Source: Mobula hypostoma (Eukaryota). Taken from it: DNA of 64,000 nt. Location of the stretch: contig NC_086107.1 of the NCBI RefSeq assembly GCF_963921235.1, positions 101,372,001-101,436,000 of the forward strand, read 5' to 3'. The stretch's first letter is position 1. Each line of letters starts with the position of its first letter. Under the pieces are notes generated by a model. The model was not told the origin of the DNA. It saw only the letters and a list, made by a program, of their open reading frames with translations, and searched no databases. Shown piece by piece: positions 1-11,028 of the stretch. The position numbers and the translations under genes are program-made.

Positions 1-129
1 ACTCTCTACTGAGGAGTAGTTTCCACATTCTCCCCGTCACCGTGTGCGTTATTGTCAGTGGTGGAAGCATGGCGGCATTTGCGGGCTGCCCCCAGCGCAC
101 CCTCAGATTGTGTTGGTCATCGGCGCAAA

Positions 130-770
130 CGATGCATTTTTATTTTGTCCGGTGCTCCCACTGCGGCCTCCACTACGTTGGCGAGCCCCGTCGTAAATTG
201 GAGGACCGCTTGGTCGGGCACCTCCCGCTCCACCCGCCAAAAGCGGAGCGTCCCGGTGGGCAGCCATTTTAATTCCGATTCCCATTTCCGTCCCGCCATG
301 TCGGTCCATCAGGCTAGCGACGCGACACTTAATATTTCGTCTGGGCACCCTCAACCTGGTGGCATAATTATCGATTTCTCCTTCCTGTAAAAAAAATCCC
401 ACCTCCCCTCTTCCTTTATTCCCCACTCTGGCCTTCTCACCTGCCTTCCCCATGGGTCCCCCTCCTCCTTCCCTTTCTCCTATGGTCCACTCTCCTGTCC
501 TATCAGATTCCTTCCTCTCCAGCCCTTTACCTTTCCTACTCACCCTGCTTCACCTATCACCTTCTAGGTAGCATCACCTTCTTCCCCTCACAGCCCCCCC
601 CACCTTTTAATACTGGAGCCTTCCCCCCTTCCTTTCCAGCCGTGAAGAAGAGTCTTGGCCCCAAACATCAACTATCCATTGATGCTGCCTGACCTGCTGT
701 GTTCCTCCATCATTTTTGTTTCTGTAACGCTTTGGATTTCCAGCACCTGGAGACTTTCTAGTGTGTACGT
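130..770 (+). mobile_element. Penelope-like element 3' fragment (GIY-YIG remnant, CT-rich region, degenerate hammerhead/tail)
   Basis: Translation HFYFVRCSHCGLHYVGEPRRKLEDRLVGHL resembles the PLE GIY-YIG domain; the downstream tail matches the other PLE copies in the window. Confidence 0.8.
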
Positions 771-1446
771 TTCACTGTGTGTTTTCGGTGTAGGCGTATC
801 AAATAAAGTTAACTTTTATCTTTATTCCAATGTCTACAGTTTTCAAGACTCATCAAATAAATGAGTCATCTCAGTATCCTGAAGGATTTTTATTCTTCGG
901 TTGAGATCCTGGATACAGATTTTCTGTTCTGTCCTGGGATCTTGCTATGCACAAATGCTTGCTGTGTTCCTTACATGCAACTACACATTAAGAGTTCTTT
1001 GTTGGAGTTCTGGCATTGTCAAGTTACGAAAAGAAACAGGGAAAAGTAAGTATTTTACGAGCAGGGCTCAGGGACATAAAACTTAACAGAGCGGAGCACA
1101 GAAGAGTTTCTCCTGACCGTTGATGGCGTCTGTGTGGAGTTTGCATGTTCTCCCCTGTGACTGCATGGGGTTCCTCTGAGTACTGTGACTCCCCCCCCCC
1201 ACGTCCCCAAAGGAGTCTGGGTTGGTAGGTGAATTTTCTGCTGTAAATTACCCTAATCGCAAAGGGTGATAGAATCTGTTCGGAGTGGAAGGGAACAAGA
1301 GGAGAGTATAGAGTGGCTTTGGTGTGAAGGGCATGATATGACACTACAGAGGCATTTTTCTCCAAAGACCTGCTGGTTGGTAGTTAATTGGTCATTGTAC
1401 ATTGTCCCATGATTAGGCGCGGATTAAATTGGGGGATTGCTGGGAT

Positions 1447-1750
1447 GGCATGGTAACATAGTGGTTAGTGCATTGCTTTACAGTAACAGCAACCCAGGTT
1501 CAATTCCACGTCTGTCTGTAAGGAGTTTGTATGTTCTCCCCCTGAATGTGTGGGTTTCCTCTGGGTGCTTCGGTTTCCTCCCACAGTCCAAAGACGTACC
1601 GGTTGGTGGGTTAATTGGTCATTGTAAATTGTCCGGTGATTAGGCTAGGGTGAAATCGGTGATTAGGCTAGCGTTAAATCGGGGGATTGCTGGGCGGCGT
1701 GGCTCCAGGGATGGGAAGAGCTTATTCTGCACTGTATCTCAATTTAAAAA
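1447..1750 (+). mobile_element. tRNA-derived V-SINE (HE1-like); further partial copies at ~1125-1265 and ~1372-1445
   Basis: A/B-box-like TAGTGGTTAG and GGTTCAATTCC, then the V-domain-like core GTTCTCCCC..TGGGTTTCCTCTGGGTGCTTCGGTTTCCTCCCACA. Confidence 0.8.
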
Positions 1751-2785
1751 TATTTTTTTAAGGATGATCAGATTTGTAGCCAGGCAGCTGAATATGAGAA
1801 TTGCAGAAGAGACCCATTCCAACACATGGTGGCTGGTCAAGGTTAGCACAGATGGCATCAGGAAACTCGTATTACGACCTCCTGCAGTCAAGAGACTACA
1901 AGTCCAAACATGCACTGTTATTTAAACTTAAGCGACCTTTGAATTGATGCATTTATTGCCTGCCTAGGTAACAATATCTCCCTGTCAGGAGGACTGGTTA
2001 TTTATTGACATGGTCAGAGTAAGGAAAGGTGATAAGATAATTTTGATGATATGACAAAGAAGTTTACAGTGGATTGTAGCCACATTAATGATTTTACTGT
2101 CGTCATTGCAGGCGGAAATGTAGTAACAACTAAATTTGGTTTCCTGTGGATGTGTTTTCATGCACGGAGTAAGGTGGACAGGGTTGGTGGGTTGTATCTG
2201 CAGCTTGCCGCGTGGGAATGCGACGAAGTGGTGACAATGGAAACTTAGTTCAAAAAGTGGCAGAACTGGAATGTGTCTGGGGTAATTTTCCAGAGCAGTC
2301 TGTTTCTAGTCCATTGAGAAAGGAGGCAATACCGGACCTGATTCTGGGGAAAGGGGCGGAATTGAAACTAGTCTTCCTCCTATCAATTCCTTCCTTGCTT
2401 TGGTCTGCCTGTTCTCCTCCCAGTACACAAAGTTTGAGTGGGACCATTTAGGTGATCTTAACACCATGGGATTCAGGTTAGCTGTAGAGGAGAATAATGG
2501 GCAGCCCAAGCAAGAAAGGAATCAATAGGAGGGAGACCAGATTCAATTGGTGCATCTGACTCAGGTAAAGCAGAACAAAAGTTCTGGGTGAAATGAAGGC
2601 AGAGCAATAGGCTGCCCTTAAGGAAAAGGTCGAGGCATTTTCCGTAGGGAGCAAAGAAATAACAAAAATAAACCCCGAGTTCCTTGGTTAGTAAATGAGA
2701 CACAGAAGAGGACAACGGCCAAGAAAGGGGTGATTATGATGAGCGTCAGGTTGTAAGTGCTGGTGAAAACCAGCTGAATATAAAC

Positions 2786-2865
2786 CAGGGGTTCCCAACC
2801 TGGGGTCCACAGACTGCTTGGTTCATGGTAAGGCTCCATGGCATAAAAAAGGTTGGGAACCTCTG
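2786..2865. mobile_element. hAT-type MITE (80 bp)
   Basis: TIRs CAGGGGTTCCCAACC / GGTTGGGAACCTCTG; 8-bp flanks ATATAAAC / ATATAAAA (7/8 match). Confidence 0.8.
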
Positions 2866-3062
2866 ATATAAAAGGATCAGAGTTGAAGTGGAAATTAAAA
2901 TGAGGGGCAGAAACACAGAATGAGGAAAGGTTAAATGGGAATCCCAAACTGTTCTTAATCTAAAAGAGGACTGCGTGTCTTCATAATCTACAGAATATAC
3001 AGTAAGTAATAGAAGGGCAAGACATTGAGGGTAGACATGGGGACCAGCACATCTGAATTTAC

Positions 3063-3542
3063 ACTGAAGAACTTTCTACAGAGGCACAACTGAGAGCATC
3101 CTGACTGGCTGCATCACTGCCTGGTACGGGAACTGTACTTCCCTCAATCACAGGACTCTGCAGAGAGTGGTGCGGACAGCCCAGCACATCTGTAGCTGTG
3201 AACTTACCACTATTCTGGACATTTACAAAGACAGGAGTGCAAAATGGCCCGAAGGATCATTGGGGTCCCGAGGTACCCCAACCACAAACTGTTCCAGCTG
3301 CTACCATCTGGGAAACAGTACCGCAGCATAAAAGCCAGGACCAACAGGCTCTGGGACAGCTTCTTCCACCAGGCCATCAGACTGATTCATTCTTGCTGAT
3401 GCAACTGTATTTCTATGCTACATTGACTGTCCTCTTATACATACTATTTATTATAAATTGCACATTGCACATTTAGACGGAGACTTAAAATTTTTATTCC
3501 TCATGTATGTGAAAGATGTAAGTAATAAAGTCAATTCAATTC
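3063..3542 (+). mobile_element. Rex1/Babar-type LINE 3' fragment
   Basis: Encodes ESILTGCITAWYGNC..LPSGKQYRSIKART-like C-terminus; ends AATAAAGTCAATTCAATTC; closely similar to 8100-8565. Confidence 0.8.
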
Positions 3543-3596
3543 ACTAAGATCAGATCAGATGCACCTGAGGATATTGGGGGAAATCCACAGAAAAGT

Positions 3597-3972
3597 GTCC
3601 AGGACATCTTCAAGGAGAGATGCCTCAAAAAGGCGGTGTCCATCATTAAGGACCCCCATCACCCAGGACGTGCCCTCTTCTCACTGCTGATGTCAGGAAG
3701 GAGGTACAGAAGCCTGAAGGCACACACTGAATGATTCAGGAACAGCTTCTTCTCATCTGCCATCAGGTTTGTGAATGGACATTGAACCCATGAACACTAC
3801 CTCACCACCTTTTAAGTTTATGTTTTTGTACTACTTAATTTAACAATTTAATGTACTTACTGTAATTCAATTTTTTCCTATATTATCATGTATTGCATTG
3901 TACTGCTGCCTCAAAGTTAATACATTTCACGAGATTTCATGCCAGTGATATTAAACCTGATTCTGATTCTGA
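3597..3972 (+). mobile_element. Rex1-type LINE 3' fragment with (ATTCTG)n tail
   Basis: DIFKERCLKKAVSIIKDPHHPG-like coding remnant; tail AAACCTGATTCTGATTCTGA. Confidence 0.7.
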
Positions 3973-3992
3973 GAAATGATGGGGACCATTGA

Positions 3993-4052
3993 CTAGATTC
4001 TTCAACAGGGCTGATACCAAAGACCTAGATTCTTCAACAGGGCTGATACCAA
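3993..4052. repeat. Local tandem duplication (28-bp exact repeat, period 32)
   Basis: CTAGATTCTTCAACAGGGCTGATACCAA at 3993 and 4025. Confidence 0.9.
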
Positions 4053-4577
4053 GGGAGTCACATACTCCCTTGTTCAGAAAAAAGAGCGAAGAGAAACTGA
4101 GTAAATGCAGGCAGCCAGTTTAGCATCGACGATGGAAAAGCTTTAGGGAGCATTCATCTGGGACACGATTAATAATCACTTGGAGAAAATGGATAAATCA
4201 AGGCAAGCCATCAGTGAATCATTAACAGTAGATCATATTTAACCTGGTTTAGCTCTGGATTTCCAGCACCTTCAGGACCTCTTTAAGCAAATGGATCTAA
4301 AATTTTCCTTGAGGCAATGAATGGAGGTAGTGAGGGTGATGCAGTCAACACATTAAAAGTAGATTTCTAGAAGCCCTTTGATAAGGTGCCACATAACACG
4401 TTTCTCACATGTGACGTAAGGGATGTGGAGGCCTGCTTTAGTAGTTCGCTAAGTAACTGACAACAGAGAGTCTGTGGCAAGTGGTTGTGTTTTGGACTGG
4501 AGGAAATGATCTTGCTGGGCAATAGTTTTCTTTTCTACATTAGTGACTTCCACTTGAGGGTTCAAATCATTACTTTT

Positions 4578-5725
4578 AGAATCAGAATCAGACTTAATAT
4601 CATTCACAAATGTCGCAAGATTTGTTGTTTTGTGGCAGCAGTACATTGCAATACATAAAAGTGCTATAAATTACAACAAGTTATACAATTAAATAGTGCA
4701 GAAAGAGAGCACAACAGTGAGGTCACGTAAATGGGTTGCCCCATTTTCCATTCAGAAATAATAATAGTAAGTACTTTATTGACCCCGAATGGGAAATTAT
4801 TTCGTTACAGCAGCAACATTTGAAAACACACTTAGCAATAATAATAAATAATACTACTACTAATAATATTAATAATGTACAGAATAATAATATGCACAAT
4901 GATAATTTACCAATGTACAATAATAATTTAAGAAATAATAAAACAGAGACTATTGTACTATGATGTGTGTTCTCCTGTCACACAGAGATGAACTGTTGTA
5001 TATGCTTATTGCATTTGGTAGGAAAGATTTTCTGTAATGATCCTTGTGATAGGGGAGCTGAGTGAGCCTGTTCGAAAGGGTGCTCCACTACTAACTCAGT
5101 AGCTCATGGAGAGGAGGTGCCTGATTGTCCATAATGGATAACGGTTTGTTTAGTGACTTCCTCTCCACCACTAACTCAAAAGAGCTTGGGTTGTAGCCAA
5201 GGATGGACCCAGCCTTTCTGATGAGCTTATTTAGTCTTCTTGCATCACCAGCACAGATGGAGTAGAATCTGGCAATGGAGGGGAAGAAGCTGTTCTTAAA
5301 ACGTTCAGTGTGTGTCTTCAGGCTCCCGTATCTCCTCCTTGATGGAAGTATTAAGAAGACAGCACTTCCTGGGTGCTGGTCACCCTTAATGATCGATGCC
5401 ACCTTTTTGAGGCATCACCTTTTGAAGGTGTTCTGGATGCTGGGTAGACCAGCGCCCATGATGGAGCCTGTCGAGTCTGGAACCCTCTGCAGCTTTGTCA
5501 GGTTCTGTAGAGTGGCCCCTCCATGCCAGACAGAGATGCAGCCAGTTAGAATGCTCTCCACAGTACATCTGTAGAAATCTGACAGAGATTTTGATGATAT
5601 ACTCAATCTCCTCAAACCCCTCATGAAATATAGCCACTGTTGTGCCTTCTTTATAATTGCATCAATATGTTGGGCTCAGGATAGATCTAAGGAAATATAC
5701 AGAAACTGCTCATCCTTTCCGCTGA
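4578..5725 (-). mobile_element. Rex1-type 3' fragment containing a nested second Rex1-type fragment (~4757-5258) with an (AAT)n tract
   Basis: Minus-strand ORFs LPSRRRYGSLKTHTERFKNSFFPS and DARRLNKLIRKAGSILG; separate tails at 4578 and ~4757. Confidence 0.7.
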
Positions 5726-5774
5726 TACCACAACCTGTATCATGGACTGTACAGAGTAGAGCGACAGATTGCAG

Positions 5775-6052
5775 CAAGATAGACAATAAACAATAGGTGC
5801 AGGAGTAGGCCATTCGGCCCTTCAAGCCAGCACTGCCATTCACTGTGGTCATGGCTGATCATCCACAATCCAATTCCTGCCTTATCCCCATAACCTTTGA
5901 TTCCGCTATCTTTAAGAGCGCTATCCATCTCTTTCTTGAAAGCATCCAGAGACTTGGCCTCCACAGCCTTCTGGGACAGAGCATTCCATATATCCACCAC
6001 TCTCTGGGTGAAAAAGTTTTTCCTCAACTCTGTTCTAAATGGCCTTATTCCT
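5775..6052 (-). mobile_element. CR1 LINE 3' end
   Basis: FRTELRKNFFTQRVVDIWNAL..FKKEMD C-terminus followed by the CR1 3' UTR (GGCCGAATGGCCTACTCCTGCACC). Confidence 0.85.
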
Positions 6053-6309
6053 TTCCCCTTATTAAGCAGGTGAGTGGTTCGGACAGAACATGGGTGATGC
6101 AGTCTGGCAGGAAGAATGAGGAGAGAGGATATAGAGTGAAGGAAAGTGCTCGACAAGGAGTTCGGGAGCTTGGAATCCAGCTGCATAAATCTGAATGAAG
6201 CAGGAGAGCTTGAGAAAATGATCATAAGTGGTTCTTCAACGGACAGCATAAAATCAGCGAAGTCATGTCGAAACTTTTATGAAACACTGGCCGGGCCTCA
6301 GTTGGAGTA

Positions 6310-7160
6310 TTCAAAATGTTTCATTGTAATATCAGAGAATGTATACAGTATACAACCTGAAAGTCTTACTCTTTGCAGACATCCAGGTAAAACAGAAGAG
6401 AAAAACAACCCAAAGAACGAACAACAGAAAAAGCATTAGAACCCCAAATCCCCCCTGTCCCCCACCCACGCACAAGCAGCAGCAAAGCACGAAGCCCCCC
6501 CTCCCTCCCACCCACTTCAGCAGAAAGCTTCTGCACCTCCCATCCAGCAAAGCCCCCAAAGAGAGGCCATGATCTGCAGACAACAGAAACTATTGTTTAC
6601 CCGACAGTCTGACATGCCACAGGCTCTCTCTCTCTCTCACTAATGAGGGGCAGAGAGGTGTCACCCACTTCACAGCGAAAGGGGAGGCCTGCAAACAGTT
6701 ACTGTTACGGTGTTATGATTTGCCGCATTGCTTTTTATTCCGAGGTTCTCCGACTTGAGAATCGGCAGCAAACTCTCCGTACCATGGAGGGGAAGAGAAA
6801 GGGAGTGATCATTTGAGTACAGAGACCTCCATCAGCTGTATCTGCCGACGTGAAATTCTGGAATCGTTCTCCCATAACATCTCGGTCACCGACACTGGCT
6901 GGGGCCGTGCAGGGTCACACTGCGGAAGCGCACATCTTCCAGGCTGCTCCAGGATATGTCAAAAAAGCAGCTGGTCGGTGAGCTCCAGGAGTGGGATCTC
7001 ATCCACGGTGGAAAAACGCAGTTTGAGTGCATTTGCAAATCAGAGACTTCAACAGAGCCCCAACCATCTTGAAAAGGGAAAAAAAGAGACATTAAAGGGA
7101 GGAATTCAAGCTAATTTCGCAGATGAGCTGGAAGGGGGCAGGCACTTGGTGCCATCTTAT
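6310..7160 (-). mobile_element. Non-autonomous retroelement (~850 bp) starting AAGATGGC with a LINE-like 3' tail
   Basis: GCCATCTT at 7151-7158; tail resembles the Rex-type tails elsewhere in the window; no coding capacity. Confidence 0.5.
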
Positions 7161-7410
7161 CTCTGCCTCCACTTGTGTTCAAATCTGGTCCCTCATTAAC
7201 AGCAAGGATGTGAGTGTGTTACAGAAGCTCCTGAATAGAGTCATGAGAATGCTTCCTGTGAGGCAGGACTGTAGTTATAAGGATAGAATGAAGAGAGCTT
7301 GGAGAAGAGAAGGTGAGAGAAGATCTGACAGAAGAGTATGAAATGAATAGGGATCTGAACAGGAGAAGCTGTTCTCCTTGGTGGAGGGGCCAAGGGTTAG
7401 AGTTCAAGTT

Positions 7411-8565
7411 GTCAAGATGGTGCCACGTACAGCGGATGTGTTGTGAGCTCCGTACCAACTTTACAGTGTACTGCTAATTTCTGCAATTCCCTTCGCATTT
7501 CTTGTTCACATCAGATATGATGGACTAACTCTTCTGAATATTGGGAAGACGGCATTTACCCACAATGTGCCGCCTTTTCTATGGTGGGAACCCCTGTTTA
7601 CGTGATCCATGGGATGTTCATTCATTACGTCACCGCTACCTCGGATGAGGCACCAGAGGTAAGGGAGAAGGGCCGGTGTCCGTGTGAGGATGAGATGGCG
7701 TGCTAATCGGCCGCTGCTCCCTAGCATATTCCTGGCTAACGTTCAGTCCCTGGACAATAAGCTGAGCGAACTGAGAGCTAGAATCTCCTATCTCAAATAA
7801 TAATGAGACAGCCGACAGAGAAGAAGTCATCACCCTGACACGATGTCAAGAAAACAACCTCTCCCTCAATGTCGCAAAAACAAAGGAGCTGGTTGTGGAT
7901 TACAGGAAGAATGGAGACAGGCTAACCCCTATTGACATCAATGGATCTGGGGTTGAGAGGGTGAACAGCTTCAAGTTCCTTGGCATCCACATCACTGAGG
8001 ATCTCACGTGGTCTGTACATATTGGCTGTGTGGTGAGAAAGCATAACAGCACCTCTTTCACCTCAGACAGTTGAAGAAGTTTGGCATGAGTCCCCAGATC
8101 CTAAGGACTTCCTACAGGGACACAACTGAGAGCATCCTGACTGGCTGCATCACTGCCTGGTATGGGAACTGTACTTCGCTCAATCACAGGACTCTGCAGA
8201 GAGTGGTGCGGACAGCCCAGTACATCTGTAGATGTGAACTTTCCACTAATCAGGACAATTACAGCGACAGGTGCATAAAAAGGGCCCGAAGGATCATTAG
8301 GGACCTGAGTCACCCCAACCACAAACTGTTCCAGCTGCTACCACCCAGGAAACGGTACCACAGCATAAAAGCCAGGACTCTGGAACAGCTTCTTTCACCA
8401 GGCTATCAGACTGACTAATTTCTATGCTATATTGACTGTTCTGTCACAAGTACCATTCATTACAAATTACTATAAATTGCACATTGCACGTTTAGACAGA
8501 GACGTAACATAAAGATTTTTACTTCTCCTGTATGTAAAGGATGTAAGAAATGAAAGTCAATTCAA
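7411..8565 (+). mobile_element. Internally deleted Rex1/Babar LINE (5' UTR and endonuclease N-terminus joined to RT C-terminus)
   Basis: Starts CAAGATGG; RPLLPSIFLANVQSLDNKLSELRARISY (~7710-7790) then jumps to ENNLSLNVAKTKELVVDYRK; 3' tail as at 3540. Confidence 0.75.
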
Positions 8566-8854
8566 TGAGGAGGGAGAGAATTAGCAGGATACAACAAGGG
8601 AACTGTCTTTGCCTGCGGGTGCGGAGGAGTCAGGTTCCATCGTGGCCTGCAAGAAGGAACGGGACAAACAAACAGTGGAGAAAGTTTTGCAGGGTTGCGG
8701 AGAGAGAGGCCAGTGAGTTGCTGTGGTAGAGAGCCAGTGCAGACATGACGGGCCTTCTGTTCTGTAACCACTCTGTGGTTCGCTGATAACCAGCCAAGTT
8801 TTCTTGTTTTAGGTGGTCAGGTGATACAGCTGTTCCGACTCCAGTCGTTGCAAG

Positions 8855-9250
8855 ATCCAAGATCCAAGATTCAGGATTACTTATTGGCATGTCTCAGTAC
8901 GCAAGTGTAGAGGAGAACAAAATGATTGTTTCTCCAGGTCCAATGCAGCATAAAAAAACACAATAAGCATAAAGGGCACAATAAAATAAATTAAAAAGCA
9001 ATAAATATAAAAGCAATCCTACAAAGCACAATGTACAAGTAATTGTTATACACATAGGGTGCTTGTGTGTACATAAAGTGACGCTGGGTGATCTATACAT
9101 GGTGGGGATATGGGGTGGTGGGGTGGGTTAATGAGTGGAGGTGTTGATCAGCCTGACGGCTCGGGGGAAGTAACTGTTTTTGAGCCCAGTGGTCCTGGCG
9201 TGGATGCAGTGTAGACCTCTTCCCTGATGGGAGTGGGACAAGCAGTCCGT
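8855..9250 (-). mobile_element. Rex1-type LINE 3' end with (ATCTTG)-like tail
   Basis: PLPSGKR-like C-terminal remnant on the minus strand; CAAGATCCAAGATCCAAGATT tail. Confidence 0.6.
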
Positions 9251-10714
9251 GAGCGGGGGGGGGGGGGGTAGGTTTTGGATTGTTGAATGGTCCCATGCGC
9301 ACCCCCACCCCCGCCAACCGCCCCAGCGGTAAAACCAAGTCCACTGGAATTAACACTTGTGCAGCCCTAACAACTGGACTTCAATATAGGAGAGAGAGTC
9401 AGTTATTTTGTCGTGCGTTTTATGTATAACCGGCAGCAAACTTTAAACTTCTGCAATTGAAACCCCACTGCCTTTAAAAAAAGTTTTGCTTCAGCAGTTG
9501 TCGATTAAACGCTCCATTCCTTTCACCGTAATCTTCAACCAACTCATCCGACCAACAAGAGACTATAAAGAATTTGGAAAATTTCAAGGTAAACCACAAC
9601 TTCTTGGTCTTTAGAAAAACTCGAAGCACCTATAGAAGAGTTCAAATTGCTGGGGCTTGTAGCCTGGGAGCGATAGGACATCGTGCGCAGACTTCCCTTT
9701 CGTGCAGGAAGTTTCAGTGTGAAGGAACAGCGTAGAGACAGGGCTTCTAAAGCGTTTCTGCTTCTGCTGGTTGATCCCAGTTGAAAGTTCCGGGGAATCT
9801 CAATCCTAGCATTGGCTGTAGCTTTGCAAACATCTTCAGCAGGGACTTGATGGTGGCGAGCAGAATGTTCTGCCCGTCCCATTTGTTCTCGCTTTCCTTG
9901 GCTAATTCAATTCAGCGTTTTGCCCATCACACAGGCACAAAGCGTTGGAATCTCTCTGCAGCCGGGCAGCATCTGGGGAGAGAGAAGCAGAAGGACATGA
10001 AGAGACTTAAAACTGAAGCAGTGACTCTGTTCCCCTCTCCACAGATGCTGGCTGACCTACTGAGTGCTTTCTAGTATTTCTGATTCTCTGTCAGGCTTCC
10101 AGCGTGGCTCATCATGCTGGTTTTGGGGACAGCTGATCTATAGGAATAGAAAGAAAGGCCATTCAGCCCCTTGAGTCTATGCTGTGGCCAACCTGAGTGA
10201 AAAATTGCTGGAATGGGAGTTCCCTCCACAGATGCTGCCTAACCTACTGAGTCTTTATGTTTTATTAATCTTAAGCCACTCTATTGTGTACACCTCTCTA
10301 TTTAAGGGCCTACGGGCCTAGAGCACATGGTGGATTTGAGCTGCTTTTGCTGCAGGACCTCTTTATCTTTCCTCATTGAGGCCAAGACAGAGGTTCACAG
10401 TGAAGCCTTTCATGACTGGTAACTCTTCAGCTTGTCCACGGTTGAGAGCCCCTCACCATTTAGACATTACTCTCCCTGGGGTCAGAAGTGGGTACCCTCC
10501 CCTCTGCACTGTGTCATTGTTCCCCTGCCTCATTTACTCCATCGACCCAGAATGGCCGCCAGCTCCCGAACTCACTCATAATCATAGAGAGAGATACAGA
10601 GCGGGGGGCCGATCCTTCAGCCCATCAAGTCTATACTAACCTCATTTTATTCTCCCCAAAGTCCCATCAACTTTCTTCCGTCCTCTCACCCACATGCTGA
10701 TGACCATTTACGGC

Positions 10715-10830
10715 AGCCAATTAACCCCTCGACCTGCACGTCTTTAGGTTGCAAGAGGAACCTGAAGCATGCAGAGGGAACCCACGCGGTCGCAGGGACG
10801 ACGTGCACACTCCACGCAGTCAGCACCGGT
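10715..10830 (-). mobile_element. V-SINE fragment
   Basis: Reverse complement of the V-domain core (GGGAACCCACGCGGTCGCAGGG..CACACTCCACGCAG). Confidence 0.65.
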
Positions 10831-11028
10831 TTGCTGCTGCCTAACCAGTAACAACGGGAAACCCAGATACATGGCTCTCCATTCCTTTGGTCAAATCATT
10901 GATAATCCACAGACCCGGGGGGATGTCTTGCTGAACTAAAACGTTCTAGTGTGGCACAGCACAGAGGCAGGTTCCTCGGTCCAGCATTTCCATGCCCACT
11001 TACACTAGTACAATGCGTCTGCATTATC

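Larger units (their letters stand above)
2270..4570 (+). mobile_element. Old, fragmented CR1 LINE interrupted by younger inserts
   Basis: Degenerate CR1 ORF2-like stretches (e.g. GATTTCTAGAAGCCCTTTGATAAGGTGCCACAT, resembling DFQKAFDKVPH); no open frame. Confidence 0.6.

Noticed and set aside
9544..9910. Minus-strand ORF of 112 aa and a protein-like alternative frame (ELAKESENKWDGQNILLATIK..)
   Set aside because: No recognisable family and no convincing splice sites; the sequence is unique but not supportable as CDS
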